Below are positions 39,081 to 52,421 of a stretch of DNA of 64,000 nucleotides, in pieces. The first letter of the stretch is position 1, and each line of letters begins with the position of its first letter. Location: assembly GCF_963921235.1 (NCBI RefSeq), contig NC_086097.1:141920001-141984000 (forward strand). The letters are read 5' to 3'. Below the pieces are notes generated by a model. That model ran no database searches. It saw nothing but the letters and a program-made list of their open reading frames with translations, and was not told the DNA's origin. The stretch comes from Mobula hypostoma. Lineage: Eukaryota. The position numbers and the translations under genes were made by a program.

Positions 39081-41792
39081 GGAATTGGTATGGGAGGTGA
39101 GGGGAGTAATGAATTAAAAGTATTATATATGAATGCATGGAGTATAAGAAATAAAGTGGATGAGCTTGAGGCACAGTTGGAAATTGGTAAGTATGATGTT
39201 GTGGGAATAACAGAGACATGGCTTCAAGTGGACAGGGCCTGGCAAATGAATATTCAAGGATATACGTCCTATCGAAAAGACACACTGATGGGCAGAGGGG
39301 ATGGGGTGGCTGTGTTGGTGAGGAATGATATTCAGTCCCTTGCGAGGGGAGACATAGAATCAGGAGATGTAGAGTCAGTATGGATAGAACTGAGAAATTC
39401 TAAGGGTAGAAAGACCCTAATGGGAGTTATCTACAGGCCCCCAAACAATAGTCTGGATGTAGGGTGTAAGTTGAATCAAGAGTTAAAACTGGCATGTTGC
39501 AAAGGTAATGCTACAGTTGTTTTGGGGGATTTCAACATGCAGGTAGACTGGAGGAATCAGGTTGGTGCTGGACCCCAAGAAAGGGAGTTTGTGGAGTCCC
39601 TCCGAGATGGATTCTTAGATCAGCTTGTACTGGAACCTACCAGAGAGAACACAATTCTAGATTTAGTGTTGTGCAATGAACCAGATTTGATCAGGGACCT
39701 CGAGGTAAAGGAGCCATTAGGAGGTAGTGACCATAATATGATAAGTTTTAATCTACAATTTGAGAGGGAGAAGGGAAACTCAGAAGTGTCAGTATTACAG
39801 TTGAACAAAGGGAACTATGGTGCTATGAGGGAGGAGCTGGCCAAAGTTCAATGGAACAATACCCTAGCAGGGATGACAGGGGAACAGCAATGGCAAGTGT
39901 TTCTGGGAATAATGTGAAAAGTGCAGGATCAGTTCATTCCAAAGAGGAAGAAAGATCCTAAGGGGAGTAAGGGGAGGCCGTGGCTGACAAGGGAAGTAAT
40001 GGACAGTATAAAAATAAAAGAGAAGAAGTATAACATAGCAAAGACGAGTGGGAAGCTTTTAAAGAGTAACAGAAGGTAATACGCAGAGAAAAAATGAGGT
40101 ACGAAGGTAAACTAGCAAAGAATATAAAGGAGGATAGTAAAAGCTTCTTTAGGTATGTGAAAAGGAAAAAAATAGTTAAGACCAAAATTGGGCCCTTGAA
40201 GACAGAAACGGGTGAATTTGTTATGGGGAACAAGGAAATGGCAGACGAGTTGAACAGGTACTTTGGATCTGTCTTCACTAGGGAAGGCACAAACAATCTC
40301 CCAGATATAATAGTGGCCAAAGGACCTAAGGTAATGGATGAACTGAAGGAAATTTATATTAGGCAGGAAATGGTGTTGGACAGACTGTTGGGTCTGAAGG
40401 CTGTTAAGTCCCCAGAACCTGATGGTCTGCATCCCAGGGTACTTAAGGAGGTGGCTTTAGAAATCGTGGACGCATTGGTAATCATTTTCCAATGTTCTAT
40501 AGATTCAGGATCAGTTCCTGTGGATTGGAGGGTGGCTAATGTTGTCCCTCTCTTCAAGAAGGGAGGAAGAGAGAACACAGGGAATTATAGACTGGTTAGC
40601 CTGACGTTGGTGGTGGGAAAGATGCTGGAGTCAATTATAAAAGATGAAATTACGACACATCTGGATAGCAGTAACAGGATTGGTCAGAGTCAGCATGAAT
40701 TTACGAAGGGGAAATAGTGCTTGACTAATCTTCTGGAATTTTTTGAGGATGTAACTATGAAAATGGACAAGGGAGAGCCAGTGGATGTAGTGTACCTGGA
40801 CTTTCAGAAAGCCTTTGATAAAGTCCCACATGGGAGATTAGTGGGCAACATTAGGGCACATGGTATTGGGGGCAGAGTACTGACATGGATTGAAAATTGG
40901 CTGGCTGACAGAAAACAAAGAGTAGCGATTAATGGGTCCCTTTCGGAATGGCAGGCGGTGACCAGTGGGGTACCACAGGGTTCAATGCTGGGACCGCAGC
41001 TGTTTACAATATATATTAATGACTTAGATGAGGGAATTATCAGTAACATTAGCAAATTTGCCGATGACACAAAGCTGGATGGCAGTGTGAAATGTGAGGA
41101 GGACATTATGAGAATGCAGGGTGACTTGGACAGGCTGTGAAGAAAGCTAATGGCATGCTGGCCTTCATAACAAGGGGAATTGAGTATAAGAGCAAAGAGG
41201 TCCTTCTGCAGCTGTACAGGGCCCTGGTGAGACCACACCTGGAGTACAGTGTGCAGTTTTGGTCTCCAAATTTGAGGAAGGACATTCTTGCTATTGAGGG
41301 AGTGCAGCGTAGGTTCACAAGGTTAATTACCGGGATGGCGGGACTGTCATATGTGGAAAGATTGGAGCGACTGGGCTTGTATACTCTGGAATTTAGAAGG
41401 CTGAGAGGGGATCTTATTGAAACATATAAGATTATTAAGGGATTGGACACGCTGGAGGCAGGAAGCATGTTCCTGCTGATGGGTGAGTCCAGAACCAGAG
41501 GCCACAGTTTAAGAATAAGGGGTAGGCCATTTAGAATGGAGCTGAGGAAAAACTTTTTCATCCAGAGAGTGGTGGATATATGGAATGCTCTGCCCCAGAA
41601 GGCTGTGGAGGCCAAGTCTCCGGATGCTTTCAAGAAAGAGATGGATAGAGCTCTTAAAGATAGCGGAATCAAAGGTTATGCGGATAAGGCAGGAACTGGA
41701 TACTGATTGTGGATGATCAGCCATGATCACGGCGAATGGCGGTGCTGGCACGAAGGGCCGAATGGCCTACTCCTGCACCTATTGTCTATTGT
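39081..41792 (+). mobile_element. Near-complete CR1 LINE ORF2 (APE endonuclease + RT) with 3' UTR, disrupted
   Basis: YMNAWSIRNK, GITETWL, GDFN, SDHN; YLDFQKAFDKV, GVPQGS, KFADD; several stops and an internal deletion at ~41137; tail cctattgtctattgt. Confidence 0.96.
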
Positions 41793-42565
41793 GAAACTGG
41801 GCAACAGTTTTGGGAAGGATGTCAAGGCCTTGGAGGGTATGGAGTGAAGGCTCATCTAGACTGCTAACAGTTTGGAAAAATAAAATACGCTCTATTATTT
41901 CTCTTCGATGACATTTTATAAGTGGCTAAATCTTGAGGATTTCTGGTAGAGTAAGTAAAAAATATACTGACAAAGAATCAGTAACTGGAGAAAGCATTTA
42001 AGTTGCCTGCCAAACAATCTAGATGAGGAAGCATTTTTGTTTTATCTTGACATGTGAGCAGTGTTTAATGAAAACCTACTTAGTTACTGAAAGGCCTGGG
42101 CAGACTGGACATGGAGTGGATGTTTCTGTTAGTCGAGGATCCAAGGGTACAGCCTCAGAATAAAAAAGATGTCCCTTTAAAACAGAGATGAGGGTGTGAC
42201 TTTGTTGCTACAGAAAGCCAAGTGTGTATTTAAGGCCGATATTGATTCGTTCTTGATTGGTAAAGAGGTTAAGTATTATATGGGGAAGACTAGATAATTG
42301 GATTAATAAAATAACAGCCATGATTGAATAGCAGACAGACTCAATAGGGCAAATGGCCTAATTCTGCTCCTGTATCTTATGATCTTTTGCAGAATTTGTA
42401 ATTTGCTCATTTTCCCATTTGAGCATAGTGTTCTGGACTCTATAAACAGTTCTTACATTCCAATCAAAGTTCGAACTAGATTTGATACTTTAAATTGGAT
42501 ACTCGTTCCATTGAATTCCTTTACCATATTGTCTCATTTTGTGCATTTCACTTCAAAATGAAATA

Positions 42566-43407
42566 CAGGTGCACATTCCTTTATCCGAAATTCTGAACTC
42601 CAAACAGCTCCGAAAACCGAAGTTTTTTTTTGCCAACAGCTGATGTCACTCAGGTGTGATGTGGCAGCGCTAGCAGAGGCCGCCAGACGTCAGTTGTGGC
42701 TCAGCACTCGTACTGGTTACACGTGCATTTGCAGTTCGCTGATATTTTGTGTTCACTGTTGACTTTGTGTTTAATTTCACTGTGAAAATGTCAGAAAGAG
42801 CTGCAGATACCCCTATGGGTAACAAAGAGAAAAAGAGAAGGAAGCAGCTATCATTATCAGTAACGCAGAAAGTGGAGTTATTGCAGAAGCTTGATCGTGG
42901 TGCGGCGTCTGACTGAAGAAAATAGTGTCAGAACTACCACTGTATATGATTTAAATAAACAGAAGGGCAAGTTACTGAAGTTTTATAGTGACAGTGACAG
43001 TGACGTTCTACATTTATTCCAATAAGTCATTTACCATATGTTTGATTCGGTTTGATTCAAGCTGTGTATTTTTATGTTTTATTGAATGTTTTTGCTGGAA
43101 ATAATTTTTTTTGTCATTGTTCCTTAAACAATACAGTATAACAACTATTTACATAGCATTTACATTGCATGAGGTATTATAAGTAATCTAGAGATGATTT
43201 AAAGTATACAGGAGGATGTGCGTAGGTTTGGTGCGCTGCCGGGTCCTAAAGTTCACCGCACTGAAACAGGTTAAATAAGGGACTTGAGCATACATGTTTT
43301 TTGGTATCCGGCGGGGGGGGGGGGGGGGGCGTGGTCTGAAATCCGAAAAATTCTGAATTCCGAAATGCAACTGGCCCAAGGATTTCGGATAAGGGATTGT
43401 GGACCTG
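42566..43407 (+). mobile_element. Non-autonomous Tigger element (Tigger4-like ends and ORF start, Tigger3-like internal segment)
   Basis: TA|caggtgcacattcctttatccgaaatt ... atttcggataagggattgtggacctg|TA; MSERAADTPMGNKEKKRRKQLSLSVTQKVELLQKLDRG starting near 42788. Confidence 0.88.
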
Positions 43408-44212
43408 TATTTCATCGAGCTTCAAAATGTCTACTATCAACCAACATTTGTTTTCATCCATTTTTCTGTTTGATCTCTCTGGATTTGATGGCCTGATGTT
43501 GAGTGAATCTGAATTGTCTTTGTACTATGTTGGGTGGATCTGAATTGTCTTTTTTTAATTATTTGATTATGATGCTGCCTGCCAGTTACTGTTTCTAGTT
43601 TACCCAGGTTAGGTCTGTTTACTGCCTATCAAAATTGACCCTCTAATTTAGTGCTTTTAATCCAGGTTATTCTTAGTTCTTTTTCATTGCTAACCCAACG
43701 TGAGACTATTATTGTATCCCAAAAGTTCTCCCACTGGTAGCTCTAAATGATAAATTTTGCTGGATTTGTTCTGGGAAATGATGTCTCTTTCCACATGGGA
43801 AAGAGCACATTGATCAAGCACATTCTCTTGGACTCATCTCTGAAATCCTTTCTGTTCCTGTTTCATTGTTGCTATCCTAACCTATCTAACGATGTGGAAA
43901 GAGAAAGAATTGGCTAGTATTTCCATTACAGTAAATATCCAATGATCCCATTTGACAAATGTATTTTTCGTAGATGTAAAATGAAGCTGAATTGAATTTC
44001 TAATTCACAAGTGACCTTGCAATTGCTCACTGTCTATGGTCAGAGTATGCATTATGGCTTCTGGGTTAATAATTTGTATCTCTGATGGTTATCATATTGT
44101 GAAGGGAGAAAGTTGAACTTTTCACCAACCCCTCCCTTCCTCCCCACTTTCTTCTTCCCATCCTCCAGGTTTTATTGTTTGGACTTGCTGACTGGTGATA
44201 TTTGTTGTTTAG

Positions 44213-44340
44213 ATTTGCAGGCTCTACGACAAGAGTTTCCACAGCCAAAAGGCCTTCTGGCTCAGGTTATGCAGCGAGCTCTAAAAGTTTCTGATGTGAA
44301 GGATCACATTGTCTACAAATCATTCAATGGACCTATTAAA
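44213..44340 (+). CDS. DHX30: DHX30 exon 2
   Basis: DLQALRQEFPQPKGLLAQVMQRALKVSDVKDHIVYKSFNGPIK |gtaagg; compare human [43 protein letters not shown]. Confidence 0.92.
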
Positions 44341-44503
44341 GTAAGGATTTCTTCCATCTATATTCACAGTACAGTTTTGGTTAATATTTCTGTCTCTCTG
44401 GACAAGGCACTTCTGTGATGGACCTTGGGAAGCTCCCTGATTTCACACTCCCTGCTCTGCATTCAGGCAATCTACAGATAAGTTACTGGACGTGTAATAC
44501 ATA

Positions 44504-46113
44504 CAGTTGCAAGAAAAAATGTTTGTGAACCCTTTGCAATTACCTAGTTTTCTGCAGTAATTATTCATAAAATGTGGTCTGTCCTTCATCTAGGTCACAA
44601 TAATAGACAAACGCAATCTGCCTAAATTTATAACACACAAATAAGTGTATTTCTTCTTGTCAACACTGAGTACTCCATTTAAACAATCACAGTTTAGGTT
44701 CAAAAGAGTATGTGACCCTCTTGGGTAGTGCCTTCTGCAAAAGCTATTTGGAGTCAGGTGTTCCAATCAATGAAATGAGATTGGAGGTGGGGGTCGTTGA
44801 GGTGCCCTGCTCTATAAAAAAGACACACAAAGGCAGGTTACTGACAAAGACTGTTCTTCTCAAGAACGATCTGTATGTGTGCGCCATGCCCTGATTAAAA
44901 CAACTTTCAGTGGATCTTAAAAGAAGAATTGTAGAGATGCATGAAGCTAGAAAAGGCTACAAAAGCATTTCTAAACACTTGAGTGTTTATCAGTCCGCAG
45001 CAAGAGAAAACATTTACAAATGGAAGAAATTTGGTACTGTTGCTACTCTCCCTAGGAGTGGGCATCCTGCAAAGATCACATTAAGGGCACAACATGCAAT
45101 GCTGAATGAGATGGAAAAGAACCCAAAGGTAACAGCAAAAGACCTGCAGAAATCTCTAGAACTGGTTAAAGTCTCTGTTCATTTGTCCACTATAAGGAAA
45201 ACCTCTGAACAAGAATGGTGTTTATGGAAGGACACTATGGAGGAAACCACTACTCTCCAAAGAAAACATTGCTGCAGGTCTCAGATTTGCTAAAGACCAC
45301 CTGGAAGTTCCGTGTTGCTTTTGAGACTGTGTTCTGTGGACATGAGGCAAAAGTTGAACTTTTTGGTAGAAATGCACACTGCTATGTTTGGAGGGAAAAG
45401 GACACTGCACACCAACACCAAAACCTCATCCCAAGCATGGTGGAAGGAGCATCATGGTGTGGGGATGCTTTGCCGCCTCAGGGCCTGGACAGCTTGCAAT
45501 CGTTGAGGGAATAATGAATTCAAAATTGTATCAAGATATTTTATAGGAGAATGTCAGTGTGGCGGTCTATCACCTGAAGCTTAATAGAAGTTAGATGATG
45601 CAACAAGACAATGATCCACAGCACAAGAGTAAATCAACAACAGAATGGTTGAAAAAGAAGAAAATTTGTGTTTTGGAATGGCCAAGTCAGAGTCCTGATC
45701 TTGACCCAATTGAGATGCTGTGGCATGCCCTGAAAAGTGCTGTTCATGCAAGGTATCCCAGAAATATTGATGAACTGAAGTGGTTTCGTATGGAGAAATG
45801 GTCTAAAATTCCTCTTCGCCATTGTGCAAGTCTGATCAGTAGCTACAGGGACTGTTTGGTGGAGGTTATTCCTGCTAAAGGAGGTTCTACCAGTTATTAA
45901 ATACAAGGGTTCATACACTTTTTCTAGCCTGGACTGAAATGATTAAACAATATGTTCAATAAAGACATGAAAAGTACAATTGTTTGTGTCATTAGTTAAG
46001 GCAGATTGAGTTTGTCTATTATTGTGACAGATGAAGATCAGACGTATATTATGAGTAATTAATGCAGAAAACCAGAAAATTGCAAAGGGTTCATAAACTT
46101 TATCTTGCAACTG
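44504..46113 (+). mobile_element. Full-length Tc1 transposon, transposase disrupted
   Basis: TA|cagttgcaagaaaaaatgtttgtgaaccctt ... aagggttcataaactttatcttgcaactg|TA; MQQDNDPQH, WPSQSPDLDPIEMLW, KGGSTSY. Confidence 0.95.
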
Positions 46114-46157
46114 TAAGTAATGCATTAAAGTAGAATAGCAATGTCTGCCAGTTACTT

Positions 46158-46316
46158 ATCTCCATTGCTGGAGACTATTACTGGCAATGTTCCACGGTTG
46201 ATGACATGAGACTTACCCCACATGACTCTTTTGGCTTGCATATGATGAACAGTCATTTGGGGTGCTTCTCATGTCAACCGTGGAACATTGCCAGTAAAAG
46301 TCTCCAGCAATGGAGA
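46158..46316. mobile_element. Hairpin MITE-like inverted repeat
   Basis: tctccattgctggagactattactggcaatgttccacggttga pairs with tcaaccgtggaacattgccagtaaaagtctccagcaatggaga; TA flanks. Confidence 0.7.
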
Positions 46317-46323
46317 TAAATAA

Positions 46324-46968
46324 TTGAATGAGGCTATTACCACCAGTCCAGCATCATTTTCCAGTGGTCTGATATCTACTCTCATCTCTCTTTTACATTT
46401 TATGTATCTGAAGAAACTTTTCGTATCCCCGTTAATATTATTGGCTCGCTTACTTTCGTATTCCATCTTGACCTTCTTAATGACCTTTTTTTTAAAAGCT
46501 TCCCACCCTCTAACTTCCCACTTATTTTTGCTGTATTATATGCCCTCTCTTTGGCTTTTATGTTGGCTTTGACTTCTCTTGTTAGGCATGGCTGTGTCAT
46601 CTTGCCTTTAGATTACTACTTCTTCCTTGGGATGTATATATCCTGTGCCTTCCGAATTGCTCCCAGAAATTCCAGCCGGTGCTATTTCTGTCGTCATCCC
46701 TGCAGTGTTCTTATTGCCATCAGTTTAAGCTAGCTCCTCTCTCATGCCTCTATAATTCCCTTTTCTCCACTGTAATACTGATGCATCCGACTTCAGCTTC
46801 ATCTTCTCAAATGGCAAGGTGAATTCTATCATATTATAATCACTGCCCCTAAGGGTTCCTTTACCTTAAACTCTAATCAATTCCAGTTCATTGCACAACG
46901 CTCAATCCAGAATAGCTGATCCCCTAGTGGGCTCAACCACGAACAGCTCTGAAAAGCCATGTTGTAGG
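46324..46968 (-). mobile_element. CR1 LINE fragment
   Basis: QPCLTREVKANIKAKERAYN and DTKSFFRYIK ORFs. Confidence 0.8.
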
Positions 46969-49312
46969 TGTAATGACCTGATTCATATTTTTCACTGTTA
47001 TGCTGTTCTGGATTTCATTTTGTGCTGTTCAGTGGGAGCTGCTTGTTTTCTGCTTATGTTTGGGTTATTGTTGAAGATGAATATTGGATCTCCTGTTAGG
47101 AAACGAGTTAGGACAAGTGACGGAAGTCTGTGTAGGGGAGCACTTTGGTTCCAGTGATCATAACACCATTAGTTTCAACTTGATCATGGACAAGGATAGA
47201 TCTGGTCCTAGGGTTGAGATTCTTAACTGAAAGAAGGCCAAATTTGAAGAAATGAGAAAGGATCTAAAAAGCGTGGATTGGGACAGGTTGTTCTCTGGCA
47301 AGGATGTGATCAGTAGGTGGGAAGCCTTCAAAGGAGAAATTTTGAGAGTGCAGAATTTGTATGTTCCTGTCAGGATTAAAGGCAGGTCAGTGGGACTAGG
47401 CAGAAAATGGTTCGGCACAGCCAAGAAGGGCCAAAAGGCCTGTTTCTGTGCTGTAGTTTTCTATGGTTCTATGGTTTCTATGAGAGGTAGGTGAATTGTA
47501 TGCCATCCAATTAGGATGGTGAGATTAAGAGGAGGTTTCTCTGGTGAGGGACACAAAGGTTAGGCTTGGGGTTTTTGTGAGTGGGAGATGAAGATGGAAA
47601 ATGCCAGAGAGAAGAGGTCGTAAGATTTGACCCGGAGCAGGGAGATTGATGGACGATCAGCAACGGGAAACCGTGAGCTCTAACTTGTGCACGTTAGACT
47701 GTTTCATTAAAATGGGCCCTTTTTTTGTTCTTTCTTTATTAACCCTTTAATCAAATTAAGAATTATAAAGCTAAATCTTTTAATTGTATACGGTGTGCTG
47801 TCTGTTGTTTCATGGCACTCATTTGTAACAGGGTAACAAATCACACAGCATCCACACAAACCAGGAGTTTGGGGTGGGCTCGTGCCTCAACCTGACACAT
47901 TTGATGGGCCAGAGATTGTCTGCCTTAGAGTTACACAGCCGAAGAAACCAGAGTGTTTAATTGTGGGGGTATTGTCCGGGATCGAGTTAGTTGGATGCCA
48001 CGTGATTGCCCTGAGCATTGATCCAGTGGGTTGTGTGTTTAAGTTTCTGCTAAGCTATTATCTGGTAAAGTGATTATGATACATAGTTATGGATGCTGCA
48101 GGGGTTGAGCGGTGGTGCGAATCCATAGGGTTACTGGTAACAAATGTGTGTGTGTTGAGTGGGCGGTCCGTACTTTCCGGGAAGAGGAGAGTGTAGGAGA
48201 GTGGGACGAATCGCAAGCCGGATCTCCCGTCGCTGGGGGCGGAGACTTCAAAGACAGGTTACTCTCGTTTCTGCAGCGCGAGGGAAAGGAGTGGTCTGAT
48301 TTGGGATGTCTAATGAGTCCTCCAGTGAAGGGTGGGACTTCTGAGTTGGTATCAGCCCTTACCTTCCTGGCAAATAAATGGGCCAGTGCCCAAGCAGAGG
48401 GTCCTATCTATCGAAAGCTGAGAATATTCTCTGGAGTGAAGCCCACCCTTAAGGGGGAAGAGGAGTATGACACTTGGGTGGAGCAGACCTCTCAGTTGTT
48501 AGATGAGTGGCAGTGCTCTGATGACGTGAAAAGACAACAATTGGTTGAGAGTTTGAGGCTGGGCTGCTGACATAGTGAGGGCCGTAAAGACCCAGACCCC
48601 CTTTGTCACCTCTGCGGCCTACATGCAAGTGCTAGAAAAACTGCTTGTGTAACGGGAAGCCAAATGGAGCTCATGATGGGGTTTCAGAACGTGTCAGGAG
48701 AAGGGGAGAAGCTTTTTGCCTACATTTTTCGGCTAGAGAGGCAGCTAAATTGCTTGCGGCGTAGAGGGGCCATTCAGAGAGCTGAGGTGGATCAGTTAAG
48801 AACAGACCAAATAGCAAAAGGTACCTAGTCCCCAGACCTGATCACTTGGGGTCTACAACTGTCTCGTAAGATCCCCCCCCCCCCCTCGTTTTTGAGCTGA
48901 TCAGAGAGGTATGAGAGGAGGAGAATGTGCCAGAGGCACGGCAGGGGCAGGGGGGGGGGCCTTGGTCAGCAGGGTGCAGATCTCTGTAGTAGCCCCCTAG
49001 ATTGAAATGACCACGAATAGCCCACACCAAGGAGTGGTAAAGGAGATCATAGCCGAGTTGAGAACTGAGATGTCCAGTTGTTATCAGCAGGTCTCTCCCC
49101 CCCCCCCACTCCCCCTGTATGATGGAGCTGATAGGGAGATGAACCCCCTGAGGGGATGGACTATGCAGATGGCTGCTAGTGGCTGGGGTCCCGTGAGATG
49201 GGGAGCAGCTGGTATTGTCTGTTATAACTGTGGTGAAGAGGGACACTTCAGGCGGGAGTGTGAACGTTGGGAAACCCCTCGGAGAGTGAGCCCCCGGGTA
49301 CTTAAGCAGAGA
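46969..49312 (+). mobile_element. Gypsy LTR retrotransposon 5' part: LTR, PBS and PNMA-type gag
   Basis: TGTAA start; tRNA-Pro-like PBS tgggggtattgtccgggat at 47964-47982; gag from ATG 48089 with YRKLRIFSG...GEEEYDTWVEQ (PNMA-like) and CYNCGEEGHFRREC zinc knuckle. CR1 fragment at ~47156-47478 lies in the LTR. Confidence 0.85.
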
Positions 49313-50976
49313 TGGCCGTAGCACTCTGTTCCCCCAGTGCTACATAGGCCAGCCTATCTGGGGGGGTCTCCTGATTCTTTGAGACCTCATCATCTATTCC
49401 TTCAGTTTCAGACAATCCTTGGGACACTTCTGGCCTATATGGTGAGGCCTCTCCCGGTCTACCACTCGTGCCCTCCTGCAACTCGGATCTCTCTGCCACT
49501 TGGCTGAGCTCTGCTTCATCCCCTTCACAGTCCCACTGAAACCCAGTCTGTCCACAGATTGTACCCCGAATTTCATCTGCCTCGGCCTGGGAAAATTTGG
49601 GTATCTCTTCCTCAATCAGTGGGGAGTTAGCAAAAGGCAGCGTATATCACACCCCCATTTCCTCATCCTCCGAGTCCGTATCCCATTCAGGGGCGGGGAC
49701 CGGTCTAATCTTTCCTGCTGCTGGTCCTTCAGTCTCTCCGTGTTGTTGCAGAGTCCTCTTACTCGCTGTAGGCTCCAGGTCAGGGTCTGGATCAACAAGC
49801 ACCCCTTGTCCCAGAGGTAGAAGGTGGTTCTGATGGAGAATCTTGACAGGCCCATTCCCATCCTCTGGTTTCACCCAGAAAACTGGTACATTTGGCATCT
49901 GACTCTCCACTAGATAGGGCATAGCTGCCCAAGGTCAGCCAACTTATGCTTCCCAGGTAGCCCCGAATTCTTTATGATGTGGTCTCCCGACATGAGTTGG
50001 AAGAACCTAACCTTTTGATCATACCTCCTCTTATTTCCTTGATTCTGCTTGGCAGCTGCGACCTCAGCTAATTCATAAGCCTTTTTCAGCTCCCTTCTCA
50101 TATCAGTCACATATTTCAAATAAGTCTTCAGTGGTAGATCTTCCTCACCCGTCCCAAAACAAAAGTTGATGGGCAACCTGGCCCAGCACCCAAACATCAG
50201 ATAATATGGCGAGTACCCGGTAGCTTCATTTCATGTACAGTTGTAGCAGTGGACCAGATGTCCAATATGTTGACTCCACTTATTCTTTTTGCTGATCTCC
50301 AAGGTTCCGAGCATGTCTAGCAATGTCTGATTAAACCTCTCGGGCTGGTGATCACCCCGCAGGTGATAAGGTGTGGTCTTCGACTTCTTGCCTTCAAGCA
50401 TGCTCAGTAACTCATGTATGAGCCTTCTCTTGAAATCCCGTCCCTGATCACTATTTATCCACGTGGAGAGGCCATAATAAATGAAGTACTTCTCCCATAA
50501 CACTTTGGCCACCGTGGATGCCCTCTGGTTGTTGGTAGGGAAAGATTGCACATATCTGGTGTAGTGATCCGTAATGACCAAGACATTTGCCATGTTACTG
50601 GCTTTTGCCTCTATTGACAGGAAATCCATACACACCAGGTCAAGGGGCCTCGCACTCTGCAAGTGGGACAATGGAGCGGTCCTCGTAGGCAGCATTTCCC
50701 CTGTATTCATTGAATGCACAACTTGCAGGACTCTTCGACCTCCAGCTTCATTCGGGGCCAGTAGAACCGATGTCTGAGTAATCCATAGGTCTTTTCAACC
50801 CCCAAATGGCCAGAATCATCATAAAGTGACTTCAACATAATCCTCTGATCCTTCTCAGACAGAACCAGCTAGGAACACTTGAGGCCGGTCCGGAGGCGAG
50901 GTGACCCGGTATAGGATCTGGTGCCTCAATTCCAATTTAGGCCTTTCTTTCAGAAATTGAGACACCGCAGCGTGTT

Positions 50977-51220
50977 TCATCCTCTCGGTTTGAACCATGT
51001 CTCCCTTTTCGACCATTGATCAAATGGTATGGATGCCTCATCCTCTCGGTTTGAACCATGTCTCCCTTTTCGACCATTGATCAAATGGTATGGATGCCTC
51101 ATCCTCTCGGTTTGAACCATGTCTCCCTTTTCGACCATTGATCAAATGGTATGGATGCCTCATCCTCTCGGTTTGAACCATGTCTCCCTTTTCGACCATT
51201 GATCAAATGGTATGGATGCC
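50977..51220. repeat. Four identical 61 bp tandem repeats inside Gypsy pol
   Basis: Unit tcatcctctcggtttgaaccatgtctcccttttcgaccattgatcaaatggtatggatgcc starts at 50977, 51038, 51099 and 51160. Confidence 0.95.
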
Positions 51221-52421
51221 TGTGTCATCTTGCTGAGCAGCTGCCACTTCCCTAGGACTCAATTCTGGCAACTGATTTGTCTTCAGAGCAGTCAGATTAC
51301 AGTAAGCTTGTGAAATTAGGCCATCAGAAACTCTCAGTTGATCTACCGCTCAATCCTGCCCTTGCCTTCACCGTGATGGCAAACTGGCACATGGCCTTCA
51401 CTCCTGGAGCAGGAACGCTCTCCCACTTCTTGTCCCTGTTCAGCCCTTCATGCGCACGTTGGGACAAAGCTTCGGCGTCAATGTTCCTACTTCCCTGCCG
51501 GTACTTTAGGCTGAAGTCATAGGCAGACAGTGCCGCCAACCACTGATGGCCTGTGGCATCTAATTTTGCCAAGGTCAGGATATAAGTTAGGGGATTGTTG
51601 TCCGTCCTCACCACAAACTTGGCACCATAGAGGTAGTCACTCAACTTATCCACCATAGCCCATTTCAATGCCAGGAACTCAAACTTATGCGTGAGTTAGT
51701 TTTTCTCAGTGGGTGACAGACTCCGGCTGACTAACACAACAGGTCTCAACCCTGTGTCCTGATACAGGACATCCCCTAAGCCCTCTCTGCTGGCACCTGT
51801 ATGCAGTACATATGGTAATCGGGAGTCTGCAAAAGCCAGCACAGGTGCTTGTGTCAGAGCTCCTTCAGCTACTGAAAGGCCTCTTTACATTTCGCATCCC
51901 ATTTTGCTCCAAAAGGCTCCGAAGGGCGAAGATAATCTTTACCCTCCTTTTCTTTTGTCCTCCTACCTTTCTTCCCCAAGGGAGGGTAACCACACAGAAG
52001 CTGATTTAAAGGGTGACTCACTTTTGCATAGCCCTTCATGAACCTCTCAGTAACCGCAGGACCCAAGGAACGAGTGCAAAGTGCTCACGGTCTGGGGCCT
52101 TGGCCGTATGGTCACCGCCTCTAACTTAGATGGATCTATAACTACTCCATCCCGTGAGACTCTATGCCCAACATAGTTGACTGACATCTTGCAGAACTGG
52201 CACTTGTCCAGGGAAAGTTTTAACCCTTCAGCTTTCAGGCAGCCCAGCACCTTCAGTAGCCTCTCTTCATGTTCCTCCAAGGTGGACCCAAACACGATGA
52301 GGTCATCCAGATACACCAATATCTCAAACCGGCTCCTATCCCCCACCGTGTTCTTCATGACATGCTGGACAGTTGCAGGGGCTCCCGATATGCCATGGGA
52401 CATCCTTTCGAACTGGAAGAA

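Noticed and set aside
39063..41706. Active LINE or host endonuclease gene
   Set aside because: In-frame stops, an internal deletion and no ORF1.
48089..49321. Domesticated PNMA gene
   Set aside because: Multiple frameshifts and stops, with LTR and PBS still attached.
50977..51220. CRISPR-like array
   Set aside because: Units are contiguous with no spacers, in eukaryotic Gypsy pol context.
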